Assembly: GCA_951406725.2 (NCBI GenBank)
Contig: OX597818.1
Coordinates: 126,170,001-126,234,000 of the forward strand
Direction: 5' to 3'
Source of the DNA: Octopus vulgaris
Taxonomy: Eukaryota
DNA: 64,000 nt
Under the pieces are notes generated by a model that was not told the origin of the DNA, made no database searches, and was given only the letters and a program-made list of their open reading frames with translations. Made by a program: the position numbers and the translations under genes. This document shows, in pieces, positions 25,858 through 39,672 of this stretch (within the stretch, counting starts at the first letter, position 1; each line of letters begins with the position of its first letter).

Positions 25858-25922
<65 letters not shown>

Positions 25923-26010
25923 AGAAGAAGAAAAAAGAAGAAGAAGAAGAAGAAGAAGAAGAAGAAGAAGAAGAAGAAGGAGAAGAAGAAGAAGAAGTAG
26001 TAGTAGTGGT
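25480..26010. repeat. (AGT)n plus ~460-bp (GAA)n polypurine block
   Basis: Seen directly. Confidence 0.95.
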
Positions 26011-26250
26011 CGTAGTAATAGCTGCAAGCCATGTTGATATTATCCGAACTGTAAGGTATTTCGCAGATTCTGTTTAAACATTCTGATCAGTCACTGAAAT
26101 AGAGCCACGGCAATATATTAAGTACAAAGCAAAAGTTATGAGGACAGTTTGTTTCACCATTTACTGTCAACGTTGAAAGGAAGCTGACAAAGCTCGCCTT
26201 CTTCCCGCTGCTCTACTAAATCATGACGGACCCATATATATATATACATA

Positions 26251-26340
<90 letters not shown>

Positions 26341-26341
<1 letters not shown>

Positions 26342-26550
26342 TAGAAAAATTGAGGTAATCAGATCAGATGGTTCATATTTGTAGATATTTATTTATATAT
26401 TACATTTTTTACATATATATCATATCATTCGGATTAGCGCTTGCTCCCATTCTAGTGGGTTTTCAAATCAAATCAGTTGTGGGTAGTTTGAACCTTTTTA
26501 TAGTTTCGTAGTAGTAGGTGAGGAGGAAGTGAGACAGAGAGAAAATATGT

Positions 26551-26606
<56 letters not shown>

Positions 26607-26810
26607 ATTTATATCTGAGAGTGAAGAAGTGTTATTTCCGTTGGTCTGCTGGACCCCCTGTGGTTTTATAAGAACTTTGGCTGTCCATTTCAATGTCACT
26701 GAGTGTGTGTTGTGCATAGGTTGGCCTGGCAAATGTCATTTGGGGTCACACTTTCTATGATCATTCTGTGGAGGTGTGTGTGTGTGTGTGTCTCTGTGTG
26801 TGTGTGTGTG

Positions 26811-26854
<44 letters not shown>

Positions 26855-27979
26855 TCTGTGTGTTTGGAGAAGGGGAGAGAGACACAAAAAGAGAAAAGGA
26901 AAATAAAAATAATAATAATAAAAATAAAAATTAAAAAATTAAAAAAATAAAATAAAAACAAAAAATAAAAAATAAAATAAAAAAATATAAAGAATAAATA
27001 AAAATATAAAGAATAAAAAATAAAAAAATAAAAATAAAAATAAAAATAAGGGAGGAAGTGGAGAAGAAAAAATATTTTTGTGTGTTGATATTTATACCAA
27101 CACATATATATACACACACACAGACTTATACATAAAATATTTGAAAAAACCTTTTTATCGGTTCAAAATGAACAACCAAATTATACCATCTTGAAAGTTG
27201 TATGTCATAGGAAAGTTAAAATTAAAGTGACAATTAAAGGGTAAAGATGGAAGTGAATTATAAAGATAATAATATAATATGATGTATATAACAGGCAATA
27301 CACACATCTACACACACACAGATTTTTCCTTCAATGTATGTTGAGTAAAGTTTCAGCCATTTAATTTGGGGGAGAACTTAGCTATGAAATGTTTTTCCAT
27401 ATTCCTCCTGAAGGGGGTGTCATTCTTCGGACACTTGAAAAACATTTCATAGCTAAGTTCTCCCCCAAATTAAATGGCTGAAACTTTACTCAACATACAT
27501 TGAAGGAAAAATCTGTGTGTGTGTAGATGTGTGTATTGCCTGTTATATACATCATATTATATTATTATCTTTATAATTCACTTCCATCTTTACCCTTTAA
27601 TTGTCACTTTAATTTTAACTTTCCTATGACATACAACTTTCAAGATGGTATAATTTGGTTGTTCATTTTGAACCGATAAAAAGGTTTTTTCAAATATTTT
27701 ATGTATAAGTCTGTGTGTGTGTATATATATGTGTTGGTATAAATATCAACACACAAAAATATTTTTTCTTCTCCACTTCCTCCCTTATTTTTATTTTTAT
27801 TTTTATTTTTTTATTTTTTATTCTTTATATTTTTATTTATTCTTTATATTTTTTTATTTTATTTTTTATTTTTTGTTTTTATTTTATTTTTTTAATTTTT
27901 TAATTTTTTATTTTTATTATTATTATTTTTATTTTCCCTTTTCTCTTTTTGTGTCTCTCTCCTTCTCCAAACACACAGA

Positions 27980-28017
<38 letters not shown>

Positions 28018-28225
28018 AAAACACACACAGACACACAGAGACACACACACACACACACCTCCACAGAATGATCATAGAAAGTGTGACCCCAAATGACATT
28101 TGCCAGGCCAACCTATGCACAACACACACTCAGTGACATTGAAATGGACAGCCAAAGTTCTTATAAAACCACAGGGGGTCCAGCAGACCAACGGAAATAA
28201 CACTTCTTCACTCTCAGATATAAAT

Positions 28226-28281
<56 letters not shown>

Positions 28282-28526
28282 ACATATTTTCTCTCTGTCT
28301 CACTTCCTCCTCACCTACTACTACGAAACTATAAAAAGGTTCAAACTACCCACAACTGATTTGATTTGAAAACCCACTAGAATGGGAGCAAGCGCTAATC
28401 CGAATGATATGATATATATGTAAAAAATGTAATATATAAATAAATATCTACAAATATGAACCATCTGATCTGATTACCTCAATTTTTCTAATATATAATA
28501 CCTGTACATCATCTCCAAACCTTCCG
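26341..28526. mobile_element. 2.2-kb palindrome: 5'-truncated Penelope-like element with inverted duplication
   Basis: Arms 26341-27397 and 27437-28493 are near-identical reverse complements around a 39-bp spacer; (TA)n flanks; ~28-nt extra tail on the right arm only. Confidence 0.75.
27353..27442 (-). pseudogene. C-terminal remnant of a PLE GIY-YIG endonuclease ORF
   Basis: Reads FFKCPKNDTPFRRNMEKHFIAKFSPKLNG-stop through spacer and left arm, fitting the R..xE..FI....P.LN terminal motif of GIY-YIG domains; EKHFIAKFSPKLNG-stop repeated on + at 27437-27481. Confidence 0.65.
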
Positions 28527-28527
28527 A

Positions 28528-28569
<42 letters not shown>

Positions 28570-28630
28570 CACACACACACAAACACGTGTACTTACATAC
28601 ATACACACACATATATACTTACATACATAT

Positions 28631-28786
28631 GGAGTGGATGTGTGGTAAGTAGCTTGCTTACCAACCACATGGTTCCGGGTTCAGTCCCACTGCGTGGCAC
28701 CTTGGACAAGTGTCTTCTGCTATAGCCTCGGGCCGACCAAAGCCTTGTGAGTGAATTTGGTAGACGGAAACTGAAAGAAGCCCGTC

Positions 28787-28851
<65 letters not shown>

Positions 28852-29080
28852 TGTGTGTGTTTGTGTGTCTGTATTTGTCCCCCTAGCATTGCTTGGCAAC
28901 CGATGCTGGTGTGTTCATGTCCCCGTTACTTAGCGGTTCGGCAAAAGAGACCGATAGAATAAGTACTTGGCTTACAAAAGAATAATTCCCGGGGTCGAGT
29001 TGCTCGATTAAAGGCGGTACTCCAGCATGGCCGCAGTCAAATAACTGAAAGAAGTAAAAGAGTAAAAGAGTAAAAGAGTA
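28631..29080 (+). mobile_element. SINE family A
   Basis: Head to (GTAAAAGA)n tail with expanded internal (TA)n. Confidence 0.85.
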
Positions 29081-29194
29081 TATATATATACACACACACT
29101 CACACAAACACGTGTACTTACATACGTACACATACTCACACACACACATATATACTTACATACATATATACATACATACACACACATATATATG

Positions 29195-29258
29195 TGGCAC
29201 TCCGTCGGTTACGACGACGAGGATTCCAGTTGATCGGATCAACGGAACAGCCTGCTCG
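29195..29258 (-). mobile_element. SINE family C 3' tail
   Basis: GTGGCACTCCGTCGGTTACGACGACGAGG..GTTGATCGGATCAACGGAACAGCCTGCTCG. Confidence 0.8.
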
Positions 29259-29260
29259 TA

Positions 29261-29605
29261 GTTCGTCTGCCGTTACGTTCTGAGTTCAAATTCCGTCGTG
29301 GTCGACTTTGCCTTTCATCCTTTCGGGGTCGATTAAATAAGTACCAGTTACGCACTGGGGTCGATATAATCGACTTAATCCGTTTGTCTGTCCTTATTTG
29401 TCCTCTCTGTGTGTAGCCCCTTGTGGGTAGTAAAGAAATAGGTATTTCGTCGGTCTTTATGTTCTGAGTTCAAATTCCGCCGAGGTTGACTTTGCCTTTC
29501 ATCCTTTCGGGGTCGGTAAATTAAGTACCAGTTAAGTACCTGTTGCCGATCAAGTAGACTGACCCCTCCCCCCAAATTTCGGGCCTTGTGCCTAGAGTAG
29601 AAAAG
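29261..29605 (+). mobile_element. SINE family B composite (body+tail 1, then body+tail 2)
   Basis: Two B-box/central domains joined at AAAGAAATAGGTATTTCGTC. Confidence 0.8.
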
Positions 29606-29619
29606 GTTAATAAAAGACA

Positions 29620-29860
29620 GCGGCAGCAGGAACAGCAGCAGCACATCATCCCCTCCACCACTACCACCACCACTACCACCACCACCACCACCACCACCAT
29701 CACCACCACATCACCACCACCACCACCACCACCATCCACAGTAAGTGACAACAACATGATAGCGACAACATCGACGTCAACGATGACAACAACGACGACG
29801 GTGACGGCGCTGACGATGCCGACAACCACCACCACCACAACCACCACTACCACCACCATC
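29620..29860. repeat. (CAC)n/(GAC)n low-complexity tract
   Basis: Seen directly. Confidence 0.85.
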
Positions 29861-30559
29861 GCTACTTTCTTTGCATGTTGAATGTTTTATGCATTTTCTC
29901 CCCGTTCCGATATGCATCCGCGCATTCGCATACACATACGTTCATTACTCCATCCACCGCCCACTCATTCTCTCTCTCTCTCTCACTCTCTCCAACTCCA
30001 TTCGCACTATCTTTGAACTTTCTATCCTTTTCGTGATCTCTTGGGTGCTTTTGTATCTCTCTCATATATATAAATGGTCTCAGAAGTGATTTTGTCTCCA
30101 AACTTCAGCTAATTATTTCATAAATGAAATAAATAACTAGCTACCTTTCACAGAATTAGATTTTGCCATCTAAGCCTCTTCCCTACACTACCATCTCAAA
30201 AATCGATATTCCTACATCAACCAATGGAAACGTTCTAGATCTTTTTACTACAACTACTAATTCGATGCCATTCTTTCGTTAGACCAAATCTTGCTCTACC
30301 CAATTTTCTTTTATTCGTCTTATTCTTTTTTTTTTTTTACTTTTTAAACACATAAACTCACATAAACATCGATCAAACGCGCACGCGCATACACACACTT
30401 ATGCATGCGTGCGCACACTCACACACACATAGACACACGCTCACATTTTCTCCTAATATTTAACATTCTAAAATATCAATAACTCACTTCTATCAACTTC
30501 ACCCCAGTATCAGAACTGGGTTTGAACAAAATTTCAGACTGTTTTTTTTTAATTTTCTC

Positions 30560-31480
30560 ATTTTGAGTAAAATTCAAAAGCACTATTTAGCTATTTGAAC
30601 ATCATTTATTCAACCGCATACGTCCTATTTTGTTCCACTATCCTTCGATATCTTTAAGGTTGTTTGACGATTCCATCCTCTCAGAACTTGGCACCTTTCT
30701 AGGTGATGAACTGTGAAATAGTGTCAGTGGTTTTACAGTCTTTTAAAGAACTGAAGTTATTTCGATTGTAGAGATTGAAATAAATGGCAGTCCGAAGGTG
30801 CCTGGTTAGCTGAGTACAGTGGGCGTGGTTGAACATCTCAGTTAAGCCACACCAATTTCTGCCACATCTGCAACGAAACATGAGGTTTAGAGTTATCCTG
30901 AATGAGGATGGCACCTTGCGGTTGACTATTTCGTGAAAAGGCGGCGAGCTGGCAGAAACGTTAGCGCGCCGGGCGAAATGCTTAGCGGTATCTCGTCTGT
31001 GGTTACGTTCTGAATTCAAATTCCGCCGAGGTCGACTTTGCCTTTCATCCTTTCGGGGTCGATAAATAAAGTACCAGTTTCGCACTGGGGTCGATGTATT
31101 CGACTTAATCCCTTTGTCTGTCGTTGTTTGTCCCCTCTATGTTTAGCCCCTTGTGGGCAGCAAAGAAATATATTTCGTGAAAATTGTTTCTTATTAATTG
31201 CTTTCTGTAATCACTCGAACTGGAAACAATAAATGTATGAATTCAATGTTTAAGGAGTTCGTCGTCATATACAACTCCATTCCAATCCAACAGGAAAGAG
31301 AGTATCACCTTTTTGAATACTCATTGATTTTGGAAAAATTAAAGGTGTTTCATTTCGTTTTGTCCAGGATAATTTTCACTCCACTTTGTTGTAAACAATC
31401 CACATTTCGTCACATGTAACCGTCGTTTTCAAAGATGGGTCGTTTTTGCAGCGTTTGCTTGTTTTCCTCCGGAAATAAAT
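30560..31480 (-). mobile_element. Old mariner transposase remnant interrupted by a SINE
   Basis: Minus-strand peptides PSLKTTVTCDEMWIVYN, DWNGVVYDDELL, ILIQDNSKPHVS..QKL, LYSANQAPSDCHLFQSLQ match mariner catalytic motifs (TGDEKW, HDNARPH, YSPDLAPSD); ends approximate. Confidence 0.8.
30940..31170 (+). mobile_element. SINE family B, full length, 13-bp TSD
   Basis: TSD TATTTCGTGAAAA at 30927-30939 and 31171-31183. Confidence 0.9.
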
Positions 31481-31609
31481 GAGCAGCAAACGAGGAAAAT
31501 GTATCTCATTTTTTTACATTTTCACTATTAACTTAAAAACAGTAGATATATACTATTCACTCAGACGTGTTGAAATGTCACCTTTCAGAAAATATAGCAC
31601 ACTCGTCTG

Positions 31610-31719
31610 TCACTTAAGAAACGAAGTTGCTCAAGAATGCAACATAAAGTCCGGTCGGAGAATCGAACTCACAACCACATAATTGTGAGCCCGATACTCT
31701 CTGAGCCATGCACCTTCAC

Positions 31720-31720
<1 letters not shown>
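31610..31720 (-). mobile_element. tRNA-like SINE head fragment
   Basis: Minus strand GCATGGCTCAG...GAGTTCGATTCTCCGACCGG...TTCTTGAGCAA. Confidence 0.55.
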
Positions 31721-31791
<71 letters not shown>

Positions 31792-32231
31792 GAACATTAG
31801 TCACTGTGTCGATATAAATATGTGTATACACAACCACATATTTATATACATATATAAACACATACACAAACACACACGTCAATACAGTGACCAATCAGTT
31901 GCATAGCAACAGGCAAACAAATTTCCACTCACGCAACCTCTAATATGTAGCGGACATCCATCATTTCATCACCAAATTTACTAATGATGTAAATATTAAT
32001 TAATGCATTTATTCATAAATTAATAAATGTATTTTATATCACACAATTTGCGCACATTAGAGTCGTTGTTTACGGCTTTCCAAGGGGCTATTCACCGATT
32101 CTCTAAATTTATGTAAAAAGGGCGTGTCACCGGTTTTCGGTTTCTCACACATGATTCTATCTCTCACCACCAAATATATGCAATGATATGGGCATAGTTA
32201 ATTAGATAAATAGATATATAGATAGACAGAC

Positions 32232-32289
<58 letters not shown>

Positions 32290-32528
32290 ACAGGTAGATA
32301 TATAGAAAGATAGGAAATAGATAAATATGTATATACATACGTACGTACGTATGCACACACACGCACGCACGCACGCATATATATATATACGCGCACGCAC
32401 ACACGTATCGGTTGAATGAACGATGGATGATCAATTACGCACATATTCTCATAAATACGTATATGCATATAAATATGGATATAGATATATGTATGCTTGT
32501 TATTACGTAGATATATTATACATATATC

Positions 32529-32587
<59 letters not shown>

Positions 32588-32637
32588 CATACATACATAC
32601 ATACATATATGCATCTCTCTCCCCCTTTCTCTCTCTA

Positions 32638-32677
<40 letters not shown>

Positions 32678-32679
<2 letters not shown>

Positions 32680-32893
32680 CTCTTTTACTCCTTTACTCTT
32701 TTACTTGTTTCAGTCATTTGACTGCGGCCATGCTGGGGCACCGCCTTTAGTCGAACAAATCGACCCCGGGACTTATTCTTTGTAAGCCCAGTACTTATTC
32801 TATCAGTCACTTTTGCCGAACCGCTAGATGACGGGGACGTAAACACACCAGCATCGGTTGTCAAGCAATGCTAGGGGGACAAACACAGACACA

Positions 32894-32963
<70 letters not shown>

Positions 32964-33134
32964 CATATATACGACAGGCTTCTTTCAGTTTCCGTCTACC
33001 AAATCCACTCACAAGGCATTGGTCGGCCCGCGGGTATAGCAGAAGACACTTGCCCAAGATGCCACGCAGTGGGACTGAACCCGGAGCCATGTGGTTGTTT
33101 AGCAAGCTACTTACCACACAGCCACTCCTGCGCC
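32678..33134 (-). mobile_element. SINE family A, full length
   Basis: Near-identical to 1548-1960 and 13661-14070. Confidence 0.85.
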
Positions 33135-33154
33135 TATATATATATTTATCCTGC

Positions 33155-33217
<63 letters not shown>

Positions 33218-34282
33218 AATTAAGAAACAAATGTACATATAGATTAAATAACTAATGAATAATACAGCGTACGCATAAACATGTATTAGTCATGCACACA
33301 TCCATAAATATATGTTTGGTGACATACATAAATTACAAGGATTTTAAATATATCTTATTGTTACCGATTAGCCCTGACTGAGTAGAGCTGAGTAGAACTG
33401 AGTTCGAAGCTATTCGAGCCATTCCATATCTACATTATATATATACCTCCTTTCTTAAGAAAATTGGATGTAATTTTAGATATATTTAGCTGCTATTTCC
33501 AGCCATTATATCGACCATATAAATATAGCTTCGTTTAATATGTACATAAGGATAGGGTACAAGTTCCGAAAATATAGACTGCTGGGGTATGTAATATTAA
33601 TCAAGTACCATTAGTGGGTCTGGCTCTGTTTTCTTTGTGAAACAAGTATGTTATCCTATATACTCGTATATTAGTCGCATTCATGTATGAGAGGCACTCC
33701 AATTTAAAGTTTAGTCTTTTTTCCCTTATATCCAAACATTCCGCGTGTATAAGCTTCACTCCAGCTTTTCCAATTAAAATCAAGTATAAAATAGTATGAC
33801 TTTATACACGAGTAAATAGGATATGTCGAATACAGTTTTACGTTGGAAATCTTAGATTGGTGAACAATGTATGAAGATAGGGCACCTGGTTATGTTGCGC
33901 CCTAGAAGCTAATTCTTGTATAATTTGATTAGTAATCATCGTAACAAAGGTGAGGCATATCCAGGTCATATCCAAGACCGTCTTAGCAGCATTACAGTTC
34001 CCACCGGAAAAATCAATATTCTGGGCCCTATACTGTTTACTGCAAACCAAAACTGACATAGAAAAAAATCGAGTTTTTAAAACCGTGAGGACCTCGGGCA
34101 ACTGCCTAGTGTGCCAATGCTTTAAGACAACACTAGACACATTGTTGGCCATTAATGTATATATGAATCCTAAACTACCTTGCTACGTTAAACATTAGGT
34201 AAGTTACCAAATGTCTATCAAGGGAGAGAGAGAGAAAGAGACAGAGGGGAGAAGTGCAGAAGAAGAAACAGGGAAAGAAAGA

Positions 34283-34326
<44 letters not shown>

Positions 34327-34901
34327 AGGAGTAAGATGGATTTGCAAGGGTTAAGTATTGAGATTGGTAACAATATTTTTTGCAAAGTGATTCGTACAGA
34401 GTTCGAGTTACATCAATGGAAGGAATTGAAAAAAATTTTCGTTGCGAATTGGTGTTAATAAAGATTATTATCACTATGTATGTATGTATGTATCCCTCCA
34501 AAATCTGTCTATATAAATACACACATATGCACACACACACATATGCACACACACACACACACACATATATATATACATATATGAACACATAAATATGTAT
34601 AAAACAAAGAGAAGGAGAGAGGAAGAAAAGAGGGTGTGACATACGTGTATAGATAAATATTTATGTGATGTAAAAATAGTATGACATAGATACATACATA
34701 TATACATGAATACATAGCGATATATCCCTAATACCATTTTCAAAATACACACATCTGTCCGGTTAAGTAAATAATCAAAATTTCTGTACGCCAAAGCCAC
34801 GGACAACATACATACATACATACATACATACATACATACATACATGTACTTTACACATATGTAAGCATTTATACATACAACTATATATATGTATATTGTA
34901 T

Positions 34902-35007
<106 letters not shown>

Positions 35008-35053
35008 TACATATATACGGATATATATATATTTATATCTATATATCTATTTT

Positions 35054-35121
<68 letters not shown>

Positions 35122-35375
35122 AATTAAACACACTGGTAGAATGACACGTGTCAGTGCGTGTACTGCACGTATATACATACATATACATACATGACTGTAT
35201 TAGTCACAGATTATTTACACTAGTAAACCAACACTTAATTAGAAATACAATATACTGGCAAATATAAATGAAATCTAAACTACACACACACACACGCGCA
35301 TACATACACGCACACACTCACGTAACTATATATTTATATTTACCTATATATATATATATACATACATATATATAA

Positions 35376-35458
<83 letters not shown>

Positions 35459-35687
35459 CGTGTTCTGTATGCTATGACAGTGGAGATGGGTGAAAAGTGG
35501 CACATACTTTAAATAAATTACTTTATTGAGATGTTTTTTTATGTAAAGGTTTGTGTCATAACTTGATAGTTTTATGACCGCATTTTACGATGTATATATA
35601 TATATTCCCTTCTCTTTCAATGCATCTTATATTTCTTTAAATATACATACATACTAAATACATACGTAATACATACTAAATATATAC

Positions 35688-35718
<31 letters not shown>

Positions 35719-35745
35719 CATACATACATACATACATACATACAT

Positions 35746-35855
35746 GCAAACATACCCTGTTGTTGATGTTTAAAGTCCAATGAAGGACCCTTGGATCTAG
35801 GTTAGAAAACGGCTTTTGCTCCATTGGCAAAAAAATCTTGAAATAAAACTGAATA
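35746..35855 (+). mobile_element. 3'-terminal UTR of the (TACA)n-associated R4/Dong-type LINE
   Basis: Reverse complement of 43683-43786; preceded by (TACA)n and followed by TACATAC. Confidence 0.7.
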
Positions 35856-36033
35856 ATTACATACGTACACACACACACACAGTTATATATATATATACAC
35901 ACACATATATATGTACATATATATAAATATAAATGTATATATAAATATATAAATACATATATGTGCATATGTGTCTATATGTGTATATGTATATATATAT
36001 ATATAAATGCGTATATATATACATATATAAATA

Positions 36034-36084
<51 letters not shown>

Positions 36085-36118
36085 ATATATATGTGTATAT
36101 ATATACATATATAAATAC

Positions 36119-36212
<94 letters not shown>

Positions 36213-36223
36213 ATATGTATATA

Positions 36224-36788
36224 TTGGGTTGTCCGGAAAGTTCGTGCCGATTTATAGCAGCTTAACTTTCGACTTATTTTAGAACATGGTTGAGTTCATA
36301 AAATAGGATTTGACTACATCCCCGTTTATAGCACAGTTTAAGCTATCTTTTCGTGGAAGAAGATTTATGCTCCTATAACCTGTGTTAATTCTGTAACCCT
36401 TTAAAATAGAAGATAAGTAAGTTCATTTTCGGCACTTGATGCTTTGGGAACCAGACAAAAATTGGTGCTGCTCGACTGGGATGTGTTTCCCCACCCTCCA
36501 TATTCACCACATATTGCTCCTTCGGACTTCCACTTATTCAGGTCTCTTTAGAATAGTCTTAATGGTAAAATTTCAACTCCTTGGATGACGTAAAAAGATA
36601 CCTTAATGAATTCTTTGCCATGAAACCTCCTCAATTCCGGGAAGAGGGTATTTTCAAATTTAAGGAAAGATGGAGACGCATCGTGCAACAAAATGGTTTA
36701 TATTTGGTTGATTAAAAATGTAATGGCAAGTATTTATTGACCTTTTTCTTTCCTTTAAAAATTGGCGCGAACTTTCAGGTCAACCCAA
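36224..36788 (+). mobile_element. Internally deleted mariner element
   Basis: TA-flanked TIRs TTGGGTTGTCCGGAAAGTTCGTGCCGATT / AATTGGCGCGAACTTTCAGGTCAACCCAA; peptide TRQKLVLLDWDVFPHPPYSPHIAPSDFHLFRSL. Confidence 0.9.
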
Positions 36789-36828
<40 letters not shown>

Positions 36829-36983
36829 GAATGCATGAATAAAGAGTAATCGTATACCTATCTATCTATGAATGAACAGAGTCTCTTTAATGGTGCTGAA
36901 ATTAAAGGATCATCCCATATTCTACAACTTGGTATGGTCTTCACCGAATTAAATTCTAAAGCTTTATTTCATCTGAAGAAAAC

Positions 36984-37080
<97 letters not shown>

Positions 37081-37580
37081 GCCCCCTCCTCTCCTCTTCC
37101 CCCTCTTCTCCCCCTCTTCTTCCCCTTCCCTTCTCCTCCCCCTGTTCTCCCCCTCCCCCTCTTCTCCTCACTACACCACACGACTTTACACATCACATCA
37201 TATATGATGTGCCATACTAATACATACACCAACTAATACATACTAATACATACACCAACCCCATACATACGCACGTCCAGACCTATCCTACGCACTAATA
37301 CTCTCTCATACACACACACACACACACACACACACCCTTATACATACTAATACATACTAATACATACACCAACCCTATACATACACACGTCCAGACCTCT
37401 CCTACGCACTAATAGCTGGTCATTCAACCCTATTATCAACCCTATTATCTCCCCTTATTTCGCTCTCGCGTCTCATGTTTGATCTTTGACCTCTGGCCGA
37501 AATCAGATCGCCATGTTGATTCGTTAGTTACTGCACGCATTTTTTTCTCTCCTTCTTTCTGTGTTTTTTTCTCTCTGTGT

Positions 37581-37620
37581 ATCTTTCTGTTGAAGAGCGT
37601 AGGCTCGAAACGTTAAAGAT
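37581..37620 (+). ncRNA. Minimal type-I hammerhead motif (A6U core variant) in a short PLE-like element ending ~37718
   Basis: ATCTTT-CTGTTGA-A-GAGC GTAG GCTC-GAAA-CG-TT-AAAGAT: 6-bp stem I, 4-bp stem II, palindromic ACGT stem III. Confidence 0.65.
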
Positions 37621-37925
37621 TTGTTTTATTTATATTTCCTGAGCGCCATACTAATACAATTGTTTGTTTGTTTTCCACCTGCCTTCGTCTTTTGTCTATT
37701 TTCATAAAGCTTCCCATTATATATATATATATATATATATATACTTTGGGTATGGTAGATGAGTTCATCAAAAATTTAGATTCAGATGAATATGGAACTT
37801 AAGTTGAAGTACCAGAATTTAGTACGGTATTATCCATTCCATACAATGTAAGGTGATTAAAATCAAAATAAACAACGAGGATATCCAGTTATTTATACAT
37901 ACACACACACACATACACACACACA

Positions 37926-37983
<58 letters not shown>

Positions 37984-38088
37984 AATCCCCACCCCAAAAC
38001 GAAGAGCAAACACAGGGTAAAAACCAACAACGCTCGGACGTGGTACGTGTAAAGAATTATCAGATGCTCAGGGAAGGAAAGAAAGGTG

Positions 38089-38123
38089 GTTTTACGTTTC
38101 GAGCAAAGCTCTTCGTCAGAAAC
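38089..38123 (-). ncRNA. Minimal type-I hammerhead motif, canonical core, in element ~37981-38190
   Basis: GTTT-CTGACGA-A-GAGC TTT GCTC-GAAA-CG-TA-AAAC. Confidence 0.75.
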
Positions 38124-39061
38124 AGAAGACGGAGGAAAGTGCAAGAGAAAAGGAAGACGGAGGAAATAAATCGTCAATGATCCACATGTGGTTAAACATC
38201 TATACATGTATAGATACACATTTCTTATTATACATTGTGAATATATGTGTGTGTATATCTGTTTGTTTAGGTGCGTGTACGTATGTGAGTGTATGTTTGT
38301 GAGTTGGTGATACATATTCATATTTACGAATCACATTTGCACAGATTCCACTTGGGTCGTTTCTTAAATATTTTTGTATATGTTACTTTCATCACCATGG
38401 TTATTTAAAGAGGCACTAAAATTTAGTATCAAATACGAAAATGCACATAAATCGATAAAGAAATACACAATCGAAAACCAAAATCAATAAACAAATGAAA
38501 TGATCGATAGAGCAATCAACAATCTTAGTTACACAGTGGAACGCTCTTTTCCACAAAAGAAGCAGACGACAACGTTATTTTTTAAATCGTGGTTTGATGA
38601 AAAGCAGACGATAGTAAAGTTGGATGTGTTAATAGATGAAACGAAAAATCTAATTGTGCTTCCTCGTGTGTTGGTTAAATAATAACTTTATCATATTGCC
38701 TTAATGGATTCGGGTGAAATATGAAATGGGAAAAGTCAATCAATAATGAAGCTTGTATTTCATCAATTCGTTTAGTAATGGCTGTTTTGAAACAATAAAT
38801 ATGCAATGAAATGTATTTTACAACGGACTAAAATTAAAAAAAGGGTAAATAAACAATTGAATTATGCGGCCGTATATAGCAACAATGAGCAATAATAACA
38901 ACAACAATACTGATAAATCACAACCACAGCGAAAAATAAAAATAGCGATATAGATTAAAATCGAAAATTATATTTTGTCTTATACAAAGTCATGTATAGG
39001 GATATCATTAATAATGAAATAAAATGAAGCGAATTGATAATAATTATGACAATGGTGGTAG

Positions 39062-39114
<53 letters not shown>

Positions 39115-39672
39115 GCAAGAACGACAGCAATAATAATACGAAAAATAAAATTTTAACGATTGCAATCATAATAAACTAATCATAATGAAAGTTAATGAAA
39201 GTATCAAGTTAATCAATGTATATATACGAATGTAAGAAACGTTGCATATTTTGTCTCGCTACAATAACTGTTCTGAAAATCTGTCTTTTCGCTCTTTCTC
39301 CCTATTCTGTGTCACGTTTATTTTAGATTATTAGCATAAGTGCAGACAATCAAACACTCAAATACACATACTCTTTCTCTCTCTCTCTCCCTCTCTCTCT
39401 TTCACAATACAAAAGCCCTCCACACACACACAAATAACAAAAGCGTACATCTATGCATTAAAGAATATTCCTTTCTCTCATCTCACGTTGTTTCTGCTTT
39501 TCATTCTTTCACAGAAATTTCTCTGCAAATGTCACATACTTTTTACTCTTTGATGTGTTATATTTCTGTAATATGCAGATGTGTATGCGCACGCGCGTGT
39601 GTGTATGTATGCATGTTTGCGTGCGTGCATTTGTATGTGTATATATATCGTTATACATTATGCATAAAATGT

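Noticed and set aside
24662-26037. Poly-Arg/Glu/Ser ORFs resembling protamine or acidic proteins
   Set aside because: Pure GAA/TCT repeats open in nearly all frames.
27398-27440. Palindrome spacer read as a hammerhead (CTGAAGG..GTGTC/GACAC..GAAA) or as a parvovirus-like Y-shaped hairpin
   Set aside because: Core is wrong at A9 and stems I and III are absent. The minus strand is in frame with a GIY-YIG C-terminal motif, which explains the spacer more simply; no viral ORF is nearby.
33838-34198. Overlapping 82-104 aa ORFs and a VPTG..ILGPILF string reminiscent of a LINE RT motif
   Set aside because: No other RT motifs at the expected spacing and many stops; cannot be supported without a search.
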